A DNA stretch of 64,000 nt. Origin: Nitrospirota bacterium. Lineage in GTDB: Bacteria > Nitrospirota > Thermodesulfovibrionia > Thermodesulfovibrionales > UBA6898. Shown here piece after piece: positions 55,305 through 63,190 of the stretch (positions are counted from its first letter, which is position 1; every line of letters starts with the position of its first letter). The DNA lies in NCBI GenBank assembly GCA_021814065.1, contig JAKAIZ010000002.1, forward strand, positions 909 through 64,908, in the 5' to 3' direction. The notes under the pieces were generated by a model. That model saw only the letters and a program-made list of their open reading frames with translations. It did not search any database and was not told where the DNA came from. The position numbers were made by a program, and so were the translations under genes.

Positions 55305-55675
55305 TGCCCCGCCGGGAGCGTCCCTTCGGTTCTAGTACTGGCGAATATCTGCTCAGGGATACGGTATAACAAAAAAATTCTCGGGTCAAGGTGCGTTTGC
55401 CCTCAGGCGCAAACAAATCTTTACAAAGCAGGACAAGGGTGTTGAAAAATGGCTTGTAGCGACACCTTCCGGACCTATTAAGAGGCCAGCCAGCCTTTTT
55501 TTGAAAGATACCTGCCATTACAACTGCGGCCACGTGAAAGACAAATAAGATCATGTCGTCATTACAAGACTTTTTCGGCGCTCTTGTCCTGCTTCTATGA
55601 AACGTCAGGGTGTAACTGCGTTGCAATCGTAAGCTAATTTAGGAATAGTGCCGAATGTGTTAAAATTGAAAGCTC

Positions 55676-57304
55676 ATGAAAAACGGAAAAGGCATTGTCT
55701 ATCTTGTAGGCGCGGGGCCGGGTGATGTCGGGCTGCTGACGGTCAAGGGGCTGCGGTGTTTACAGAAGGCCGAAGTTGTGATCTATGATTTCCACCTGAA
55801 CGCCCAGATCCTTAATTACATTAACGGCGACGCCGAATTCATATACGCCGGAAAGCGCGGTGGCCATCATACGATGACACAGGACGAGATCAATGCCGCG
55901 ATCGTTGCGAAGGCGAAGGAGGGAAAGATCGTCTGCCGGCTCAAGGGCGGAGACCCCTTTGTCTTCGGCAGGGGCGGTGAAGAAGCGCAGATACTGGCAA
56001 AAGAGCATATCCCCTTTGAGGTTGTGCCCGGGGTAAGTTCTTCGATTGCCGCCCCGGCATATGCGGGCATCCCGCTTACACACAGACTTTACTCGTCTTC
56101 CTTCGCGGTCATTCCGGGCTACGAAGATACGACCAAGGAGGAGTCGGCCATAGACTGGGCGAAACTTGCCACAGGGGTCGGCACCCTCGTCTTTCTCATG
56201 GCGGTCAAGAACATCGGGGTACTCACGGAGAAATTGATCGAACACGGAAGGAAACCGGACACTCCGGTGGCGGTGATACGATGGGGGACGCGGCCCGACC
56301 AAAGGACTCTTGTGTCCACGCTGGGTAATATCGCCGAGCTCGTCCGGGAGAAGGACATAAGGCCTCCTGCGGTGATGGTGGTCGGAGACGTCGTGAATCT
56401 CAGGAAGGAACTTTCCTGGTACGAAGAAAAGCCGATGTTCGGTCAGCGCATACTCGTGACAAGGGAGCACAGCGGAGGGTTCGAGCCGCTCGAAGAACTC
56501 GGCGCCGAGGTGATCCAGTTCCCGACGGTCGAGATAGCGCCCCCGCCGTCATGGGAAGAACTGGATGCATGTATCAACCGGATCCATGCGTACGACTGGC
56601 TCATATTTACGAGCGCGAACGGAGTGAAATATTTTTTTAGAAGACTCTTCGAAAACGGGATAGATATCCGGGAACTGAAAGGGCTGAGGATATGCGCTAT
56701 CGGTACGAAGACCGCTGCCGAGGTCAATAAATTCGGCCTCAAGGTTGATCTCGTGCCGGAGGAATTCAGGGCGGAAGGGCTGATAGAGGCGTTTGTAAAA
56801 TTGCACAGAGCGGAGAGCAAAGGGCGAAGTGTGGATGAAAGAAAAGACTATGGAAGTAAGGAATCTGTGCCCTGTGCGCCAAGCGCTATGCCCCTTGCGG
56901 GTTTTAAGTTCCTTCTTCCCCGGGCAGAGGTGGCGCGGGAGATTTTCCCTGAGAAAGTCCGTCAAATGGGAGGAGAAATCGACGTGCCGGTGACATACAG
57001 GGCGGTCTTGCCCGAGCTTCACGGGAAAAGGCTGCGGCGTTTTCTGAAAGAGGGCAAGATCACTGTCGCGACATTTACGAGTGCGGCGACTTTCAATAAT
57101 TTCAGGGAGATCATGGGGGACGAATCGGATGGACTTCTCAGAAAGGTTGCGATCGCCGTGATTGGCCCTGTTACTGAAAAGGCGGTGAAGAAAGCGGGGC
57201 TCGATGTCGCGATCATGCCTCGGGAGGCGACGATCGAGGCTATGGTCGAGGCGATAAAAGAATGGGCAGCAAGTAACGCCCCTGCCTCCGGCACCCCCTC
57301 TTAA
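55676..57304 (+). CDS. cobA: Uroporphyrinogen-III C-methyltransferase / uroporphyrinogen-III synthase fusion
   Basis: N-terminal VYLVGAGPGDVGLLTVKGLRCLQKAEVVIYD...RLKGGDPFVFGRGGEE. The C-terminal half is HemD-like (ILVTRE...WLIFTSANGV...IGPVT). Confidence 0.9.
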   Translation: MKNGKGIVYLVGAGPGDVGLLTVKGLRCLQKAEVVIYDFHLNAQILNYINGDAEFIYAGKRGGHHTMTQDEINAAIVAKAKEGKIVCRLKGGDPFVFGRGGEEAQILAKEHIPFEVVPGVSSSIAAPAYAGIPLTHRLYSSSFAVIPGYEDTTKEESAIDWAKLATGVGTLVFLMAVKNIGVLTEKLIEHGRKPDTPVAVIRWGTRPDQRTLVSTLGNIAELVREKDIRPPAVMVVGDVVNLRKELSWYEEKPMFGQRILVTREHSGGFEPLEELGAEVIQFPTVEIAPPPSWEELDACINRIHAYDWLIFTSANGVKYFFRRLFENGIDIRELKGLRICAIGTKTAAEVNKFGLKVDLVPEEFRAEGLIEAFVKLHRAESKGRSVDERKDYGSKESVPCAPSAMPLAGFKFLLPRAEVAREIFPEKVRQMGGEIDVPVTYRAVLPELHGKRLRRFLKEGKITVATFTSAATFNNFREIMGDESDGLLRKVAIAVIGPVTEKAVKKAGLDVAIMPREATIEAMVEAIKEWAASNAPASGTPS

Positions 57305-57343
57305 CCCTGGTGTTGCAGAAGCGCCGGGCAAGAACGCCGAAAA

Positions 57344-58126
57344 ATGCTCGCAGATAAAGACATCTATATCACCGACCCGCAACGTCCGCGGTCTCTGTTT
57401 TCAAGGGTTCTTCTCAGCCCTAAGTTCACCTTCTATCCCCAGTTTTTTTGGATCGTATGGGTAAACAGCAGGAAGGCTAAAAGGGGCTTATACGGAGGCA
57501 AGGAATGGGCCGGGAGCAGTCTGGACGTCATGCGCGCCCTGGAGAACGTGGGAGTCCGGGTCGAGATCACCGGCATGCATAATATGAGGAAGTTCGACGG
57601 TCCGGCGGTCTTCATCGGCAACCACATGAGTACGCTCGAAACCATGGTGCTTCCATGCATCATCCAACCTGTTAAAGAGTCAACGTTCATCGTAAAGAAA
57701 AGCCTGATCACGATGCCTGTTTTCGGACACGTCATGCGGTCGAGGGACCCGATCGTTGTGGGCCGCACGAACCCGAGGGAGGACCTAAAGGCGGTCCTCG
57801 AAGAAGGGACAAAGAGACTGCAAAACGGCAGATCGGTCATTGTCTTCCCGCAGAGCACGAGGGCAGTCGAGTTCAGGCCCGAGGAGTTCAATTCTCTCGG
57901 GATAAAACTTGCTGCCAGAGCAGGAGTGCCCGTCATCCCGGTGGCTCTGAAGACAGATGCCTGGGGAATAGGGAAACACATAAAGGAATTCGGGCCCATA
58001 GACAACCGGCAGACCGTGCACTTCGCCTTCGGTGAGCCGCTGAAGGTCGAGGGGCGCGGCGCAAAAGAGCATGAGCTGGTGATCAGGTTTATACGGGAAA
58101 AACTCGATGGGTGGAACAAGTTTTGA
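57344..58126 (+). CDS. plsC: Lysophospholipid (1-acyl-sn-glycerol-3-phosphate) acyltransferase family protein
   Basis: NHMSTLE (HX4D/E-type motif), VIVFPQSTR (FPEGTR-like) and IPVAL blocks. Confidence 0.8.
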   Translation: MLADKDIYITDPQRPRSLFSRVLLSPKFTFYPQFFWIVWVNSRKAKRGLYGGKEWAGSSLDVMRALENVGVRVEITGMHNMRKFDGPAVFIGNHMSTLETMVLPCIIQPVKESTFIVKKSLITMPVFGHVMRSRDPIVVGRTNPREDLKAVLEEGTKRLQNGRSVIVFPQSTRAVEFRPEEFNSLGIKLAARAGVPVIPVALKTDAWGIGKHIKEFGPIDNRQTVHFAFGEPLKVEGRGAKEHELVIRFIREKLDGWNKF

Positions 58127-58203
58127 TGTCGCACACCCGAGGAGGCGAACATGCTGAAAAAGTCTATAAATTCGGCAATTATCAAGTGAGTTCATTAGCG
58201 GGG

Positions 58204-58275
58204 TGTCATTCCCGCGAAGGCGGAAATCCAATTTAACCTGCAATGGATTCCCGATTAAGGTCCTCGGGAATGACG
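58204..58275. repeat. MITE/REP-like palindromic element
   Basis: TGTCATTCCCGCGAAGGCGGAAATCC...CAATGGATTCCCG...CTCGGGAATGACG. Confidence 0.6.
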
Positions 58276-58326
58276 ACAAAGTGATTTTTTTCAGGGGCTT
58301 CTACTAGGAGGAGAAACCGGGGGACA

Positions 58327-58581
58327 TTGGCGATGGAAATACGGAATGAAGACATTCAAGAGGTGACAGTCGGGGTCCCGGAAGGGCACAGACATATCAG
58401 GACCTGCATCGTCCTGCGGGACGGCACGGAATTCGTGTTCCCGGAGGCTGCTGTGGCTAATATCCTGAGGGCCTTTGTCACGGTGAAGACCCATCCTGTG
58501 AAGACGGCCGTCAGGCTTAAGGTAAAGCGCATGGAGCAGAGGAAGAAAGGCTACGCCGAGTGGCAGCTCGTGGAGGAGTGA
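58327..58581 (+). CDS. Hypothetical small protein (84 aa) flanked by REP-like elements
   Basis: AGGAGGAG lies 15-21 nt upstream of TTG 58327 / ATG 58333. Globular-looking sequence, no family assigned. Confidence 0.45.
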   Translation: MAMEIRNEDIQEVTVGVPEGHRHIRTCIVLRDGTEFVFPEAAVANILRAFVTVKTHPVKTAVRLKVKRMEQRKKGYAEWQLVEE

Positions 58582-58610
58582 AAGTAAGTCGGCAATCAAA
58601 TACCCGAACT

Positions 58611-58755
58611 TTTGTCATTCCGGCTCACCTGCCTGCCCGGTGGGCAGGTCCGGTCTCCTCAGCGACTCGCCGTGGCGAGAATCCTTCTGAAAACAAAGAA
58701 AGATTCCGGATTCTCCTCGGCGAATCCGCCGTGGCGGACAAGCGGGGATGACAGA
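58611..58755. repeat. MITE/REP-like palindromic element (long form)
   Basis: TTGTCATTCCGGC...CCTGCCCGGTGGGCAGG...CTCGCCGTGGCGAGAATCC...AAAGATTCCGG...GCGGGGATGACAG. Several internal hairpins. Confidence 0.6.
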
Positions 58756-58839
58756 TTACGATAATACCATTACCGGGTCAATAATATCGTTCCTTTTGTT
58801 TTCCCAATTTCGGTTTCAAAGTGTTACATTATAGGTGCT

Positions 58840-59184
58840 ATGGCTGAGAAGATCCTTGTTGTCGACGATGAGCCTCTGATACTTACCGCGGTCGAGAGGG
58901 CGCTTGCCAAGGTCGGCTATTTCATTACAAGGGCGCAAACCATGGAAGAACTCGGCGAGGTGCTGAAAGATGGGCCGTTCGACCTGCTTATAACTGATGT
59001 CTACATGCAGGGGGGCTCCCTCGATGAGGTGATCGAAAAAGTGCGGAGGACATCCCCGTCGATCAAGGTCCTCAAGATGAGCGGCGCGATCAGCGGAGGG
59101 AAGGCCGGGCACTTCATCGAAAAGCCATTCAATATCGAGGCGCTCAGGGAGAAGGTCAAAGACATACTCAATGGGTCTTTCTGA
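58840..59184 (+). CDS. Single-domain response regulator (CheY-like)
   Basis: KILVVDDEP...DLLITDVYM...KVLKMSG...IEKPF. All canonical receiver residues are present. Confidence 0.9.
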   Translation: MAEKILVVDDEPLILTAVERALAKVGYFITRAQTMEELGEVLKDGPFDLLITDVYMQGGSLDEVIEKVRRTSPSIKVLKMSGAISGGKAGHFIEKPFNIEALREKVKDILNGSF

Positions 59185-61213
59185 ATTAGACGTTTCCGTT
59201 TTTTTTATCATAAACAAAAATCTTCAAAACGGCCTCTTCGACGTTTTGATGCCTTTTCTTTCGAACAATCCGAGGCTGGTTTTTCTGCCGCTTCTGCTGT
59301 GGGTATTCGCGAAAGAGGGAAGAAAAGCATGGTCTTCCGTGGCGATTGCGGGTCTTGCCTATGCTTTGGCCGATTCCGGCGGGAACATTCTGAAGCAGTT
59401 GATCGCCAGACCCAGACCCTGCAGCGTGCTCGAAGGCGTGCGCCTTCTGGCAGGCTGCGGAAACTCCTTCTCGATGCCTTCCAATCACGCAATAAATGCC
59501 TTCGGAGTCGCGGCCGCCTTCTGGTTTCTCCGCAAGGATTTTGTTACAGGTTTCTATCTCTTCGTCGCCGCCGCCATTGGATTTTCGCGGGTGTATATCG
59601 GGGTCCATTATCCGGCCGACGTCCTGGCCGGCGCACTTTTAGGAGTCGGTGTTGCTTATGCCGCGGTTGTGCTGTCTTTGCGTGCGGCAGCAATGTACCG
59701 CAGAGAAGATTACAGCAGGCTGCTTTTTCTCGGCATCGTGCTTATAAGTATATTGCGTATTTACTATATCCAGACCGGCCCGTTTGATCTGAGCGCTGAC
59801 GAGGCCCATTACTGGGAATGGTCGAGAAGACTGGACCTTAGCTACTATTCGAAGGGGCCCCTGATCGCCTATCTCATCCATGCCGGCACTTTGATCTTCG
59901 GCAATACGGTTTTGGGGGTGAGGGTATTCGCGGTCGTCCTTTCGGCCCTGAGCAGCCTCGCGCTCTTCAAGCTGGGCAAACAGCTCTATGACGGAAGGAC
60001 CGGCTTTTTCTCCGCATTGCTGGTGCAGGTCGTCCCGCTCTACTCCACCTACGGTGTGCTTATGACGATAGATTCGCCTTTCATGTTCTTCTGGATTCTG
60101 TCGCTCCTCCTCTTCTGGAAGACGATGGAAGCCGGGGACCCCGAAGTTCCGCGGAAAACGGGCATGCTTGTCTGGGTGCTGCTGGGGGTTTCGATAGGTC
60201 TCGGACTTCTGGCGAAATATACCATGGCCTTTTTCTATCTCTCGGGGTTTCTTTTTTATATTTTCAATAAAGACTCACGGAGGCTCTTTCTCGAAAAAGG
60301 CCCCTATGTTGCGACGGCAGTCAGTCTCATCGTCTTTAGTCCCGTGATCATATGGAATGCCGGCCACGGCTGGGTAACTCTGAAACATACCGCGGGTCAG
60401 GCCCATCTGTCTGACGGGCTGGTACTTTCGCCGAAATATTTTTTCGATTATATAGGCTCCCAGCTTGGCGTCATCACCCCGGTCCTTTTTGTGCTTCTTT
60501 TCATCGCCCTCTGGAAGCTGAAGGGCGATAAGAAAGGCTCATTCCTGTTTTGGTTCTCGGTACCGATCTTCGTTTTTTTTGCACTGAAGAGCATCCAGGG
60601 TAAGGTCCAGGGAAACTGGGCCCTGCCTGCATACGCTGCCGGATTCATTGCATTCCCGGCATACTTCGTCAAAAAAACGGCCCTCGCAAAAAAATCTTAC
60701 CGGTGGCTCGTGGCAGTATCGATAGCCCTTGCACTGGTCCTGACCTGCGTTGCCTATTACCCTTCGCTTCTGAAATTCCTTCCCCCCAGGATCGACCCGA
60801 CGGCGAGGCTGACAATGAAGCTGCTGGGGTGGAAGGAACTCGGCGAGCAGACGAGCGGCATCTATAAAGAGCTGTCTTCGGAGGGTCCCGCGTTTGTTTT
60901 TTCCGACAGCTATCAGATCTCCAGTGAACTCGCCTTTTATATGCAGGGCAATCCGGTCACCTACTGCGTGAACTTCGGGAGGCGCATGGACCAGTACGAC
61001 CTCTGGCCTGGGTTCGGAAAGGACATCGGGTATAACGCGCTCTTTGTGGCGTTTGACGACACGGAACTGCCGCAGGAACTGGCGCATGCCTTTGCAAGGA
61101 GTGAGAAGATACCTGTCATCATCGCGCTCAAGAGGGACAGGATAATGAAATTTACGGTCTTTAAGTGTTATGATTTCAAGGGCATTAAATCCAGCTTTCC
61201 GGAGACGTATTGA
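59171..61213 (+). CDS. PAP2 phosphatase fused to an ArnT/PMT-like (GT39/GT83, GT-C) glycosyltransferase
   Basis: PAP2 motifs KQLIARPRP, SMPSNH, SRVYIGVHYPADV. Then DEAHYWEWSRRLDLSYYSKGPLIAYL and about 10 further TM helices. 14-nt overlap with the response regulator gene. Confidence 0.85.
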   Translation: MGLSELDVSVFFIINKNLQNGLFDVLMPFLSNNPRLVFLPLLLWVFAKEGRKAWSSVAIAGLAYALADSGGNILKQLIARPRPCSVLEGVRLLAGCGNSFSMPSNHAINAFGVAAAFWFLRKDFVTGFYLFVAAAIGFSRVYIGVHYPADVLAGALLGVGVAYAAVVLSLRAAAMYRREDYSRLLFLGIVLISILRIYYIQTGPFDLSADEAHYWEWSRRLDLSYYSKGPLIAYLIHAGTLIFGNTVLGVRVFAVVLSALSSLALFKLGKQLYDGRTGFFSALLVQVVPLYSTYGVLMTIDSPFMFFWILSLLLFWKTMEAGDPEVPRKTGMLVWVLLGVSIGLGLLAKYTMAFFYLSGFLFYIFNKDSRRLFLEKGPYVATAVSLIVFSPVIIWNAGHGWVTLKHTAGQAHLSDGLVLSPKYFFDYIGSQLGVITPVLFVLLFIALWKLKGDKKGSFLFWFSVPIFVFFALKSIQGKVQGNWALPAYAAGFIAFPAYFVKKTALAKKSYRWLVAVSIALALVLTCVAYYPSLLKFLPPRIDPTARLTMKLLGWKELGEQTSGIYKELSSEGPAFVFSDSYQISSELAFYMQGNPVTYCVNFGRRMDQYDLWPGFGKDIGYNALFVAFDDTELPQELAHAFARSEKIPVIIALKRDRIMKFTVFKCYDFKGIKSSFPETY

Positions 61214-62160
61214 TGACTATATCGGTAGTAATCCCTCTTTATAACGAAGAAGAGAACGTCGCCGAGCTCCATCGGAGGGTGAAATCCGCTATGGACGGCA
61301 CGGGGAAAGAATACGAGGTCATATTTGTCGATGACGGCAGCACCGACCGTACGCTCCCCCTGCTGCAAGAGATACAGTCGGCCGACAGAAACGCTGTAGT
61401 GCTCAGCCTCAGGAGGAACTTCGGACAGACCGCCGCCTTTGCCGCCGGCTTCGACTATGCGAGGGGGGACGTGATCGTGACGCTTGACGGCGACCTGCAG
61501 AATGACCCCGACGATATCCCGAAGCTGCTCGAACTGCTCCCGGAAAACGATATCGTCAGCGGGTGGCGGAAAAAGAGGAAGGACCCTTTTCTTTCGAGAC
61601 GGCTGCCGTCGGTCATGGCCAACTGGCTGATCAGCAAAGTCACCGGCGTGACACTCCATGATTACGGTTGCTCTTTGAAGGCCTACCGCAGGGAGGTGGT
61701 CAAGAACCTGAAGCTTTACGGGGAAATGCACCGTTTCATCCCCGCGGTAGCCAACTGGTACGGGGTGAAGATCGCAGAGGTGGAGACGACCCATCACCCG
61801 AGGCTGAGGGGGAAATCGAAGTACGGGATCTCGCGCACGGTCAGGGTGGTGCTCGACCTGATCACGGTAAAGTTCCTGCAGAGTTTTTCCACCAAGCCGC
61901 TCCAGTTTTTCGGCCCCATAGGTCTCCTGAGCGGTATTATAGGGCTTCTGATCTCCTTTTATCTGACTGTCGAAAAGGTGTTCAGCGGGAGGGACATCGG
62001 CGGCAGGCCGTTGCTTCTGCTCGGGGCGCTCCTGATAATCGTCGGGATACAGTTCATGGGCATGGGCCTGCTCGGAGAAATGATGGTCAGGGTCTACCAC
62101 GAGACCCAGAAGAAGCCGATATACGTCATCAAAAAAGTAAGCAGGCATGAAGATAAATAA
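61210..62160 (+). CDS. GT2 polyprenol-phosphate glycosyltransferase (ArnC/GtrB-like), paralog of 20632..21582
   Basis: ISVVIPLYNEEENV...FVDDGSTDRT...LDGDLQNDPDD, plus two C-terminal TM helices. 4-nt overlap with the upstream gene. Confidence 0.9.
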   Translation: MMTISVVIPLYNEEENVAELHRRVKSAMDGTGKEYEVIFVDDGSTDRTLPLLQEIQSADRNAVVLSLRRNFGQTAAFAAGFDYARGDVIVTLDGDLQNDPDDIPKLLELLPENDIVSGWRKKRKDPFLSRRLPSVMANWLISKVTGVTLHDYGCSLKAYRREVVKNLKLYGEMHRFIPAVANWYGVKIAEVETTHHPRLRGKSKYGISRTVRVVLDLITVKFLQSFSTKPLQFFGPIGLLSGIIGLLISFYLTVEKVFSGRDIGGRPLLLLGALLIIVGIQFMGMGLLGEMMVRVYHETQKKPIYVIKKVSRHEDK

Positions 62161-63061
62161 GACCGCCTTTTTTCTCTTCAAGCTGGCGGTCAGCGCGCTT
62201 TCGCTTTACATCGTTTTTTCGGAGGCGGGCCCGCGCCAGATCCTGTCGATGATGAGGCGCATCGGGCCCCTTTATTTTTTTACTGCATGTCTCATATATA
62301 TAGCGGCGCAGGCGATCTCGACCTTCCGGTGGAAACTCCTCCTTAAGGATAACTTCACCTTCCGGAAACTCTTTTCCCTGTATATGATCGGCGCCTTCTT
62401 CAACAGTTTTCTTCCGGGGCTCGTCGGCGGAGACGTGGTGAAGGCCTATTATCTCAACAAGGACGCGAGGAAACTGGGGCATACCCTCGCCTCCATTTTC
62501 ATGGACCGGTATGTCGGATACGTGGCGCTCATGATCGTGGGGATGGCTGCCTATCCCTTTGCTCTTCGCTATTTCGGGGAGTCGGTCTACAAGTGGGTCA
62601 TGCCTGCCATCGTCTGCGCTTTTATCGTGGGGAGCTTTCTTTTCTTCGCCCTCAGGCTTGGAAGGCGCTTCACGACGATGTCGGAGTTCTATGAATATTT
62701 TGTTACGCTGAAGTCCCGCAGAGGGGTGATCGCAAAGGCGGTCCTGATCTCTCTGTTCGTCCAGATCATGGGGTTTTCCTCGGTCGCCCTCCTGGCTTCG
62801 GCCATGGGCGAGGACATCCCTGTCTTCCTTCTTTTTGTCTTTCTGCCGATTATCATTACTGTGACGACAGTGCCGATCTCGATATCCGGACTCGGGGTGA
62901 GAGAGGGCGCCTTTGTCCTGCTGCTCGGCCTTATTGGGATCAGGCCTGAACTGGCGACCTCGCTCTCCCTGTCGTGGTTTTTTTCGAGTTTCCTGGGGAG
63001 CCTCCCGGGACTGGCGGCCTATATAAGGCAGACCGGCGGGACAAAAAATGTGCAGCAATAA
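62147..63061 (+). CDS. Flippase-like membrane protein (UPF0104 / lysyl-PG synthase TM-region family)
   Basis: 304 aa, about 8 TM helices. FRWKLLL and LPGLVGGDVVKAYYL motifs typical of the family from memory. Confidence 0.7.
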   Translation: MKINKTAFFLFKLAVSALSLYIVFSEAGPRQILSMMRRIGPLYFFTACLIYIAAQAISTFRWKLLLKDNFTFRKLFSLYMIGAFFNSFLPGLVGGDVVKAYYLNKDARKLGHTLASIFMDRYVGYVALMIVGMAAYPFALRYFGESVYKWVMPAIVCAFIVGSFLFFALRLGRRFTTMSEFYEYFVTLKSRRGVIAKAVLISLFVQIMGFSSVALLASAMGEDIPVFLLFVFLPIIITVTTVPISISGLGVREGAFVLLLGLIGIRPELATSLSLSWFFSSFLGSLPGLAAYIRQTGGTKNVQQ

Positions 63062-63080
63062 GCCCGTCCGGTTGTTGTTT

Positions 63081-63180
63081 GTCTGTCATTCCGGCTTGTC
63101 CGGTCATCCTTGGCGCCTCGCCGGGGCGAGAATCTTTCCGGAAGGATTCCCGGCGCTCTTCGATTGCGGGAATGACAGGC
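63081..63180. repeat. MITE/REP-like palindromic element
   Basis: CTGTCATTCCGGCTTGTCCGG...CTCGCCGGGGCGAGAATC...GGAAGGATTCCCGG...GCGGGAATGACAG. Confidence 0.6.
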
Positions 63181-63190
63181 CGTTTAGTGT

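Noticed and set aside
55279-55626. 115-aa minus-strand ORF in the divergent region between the Ap4A-phosphorylase-like gene and cobA. The 96-aa ORF 52787..53077 is treated the same way.
   Set aside because: No RBS, no motifs and unusual composition. Both lie in probable promoter or remnant regions.
56810-56900. ~30-residue extra linker in the HemD half of cobA/hemD (KLHRAESKGRSVDERKDYGSKESVPCAPSAMPLAG), considered a second in-frame repeat insertion
   Set aside because: It has no GTCATT terminus, no clear hairpins and no similarity to the other elements in the window. It is probably a native variable loop.
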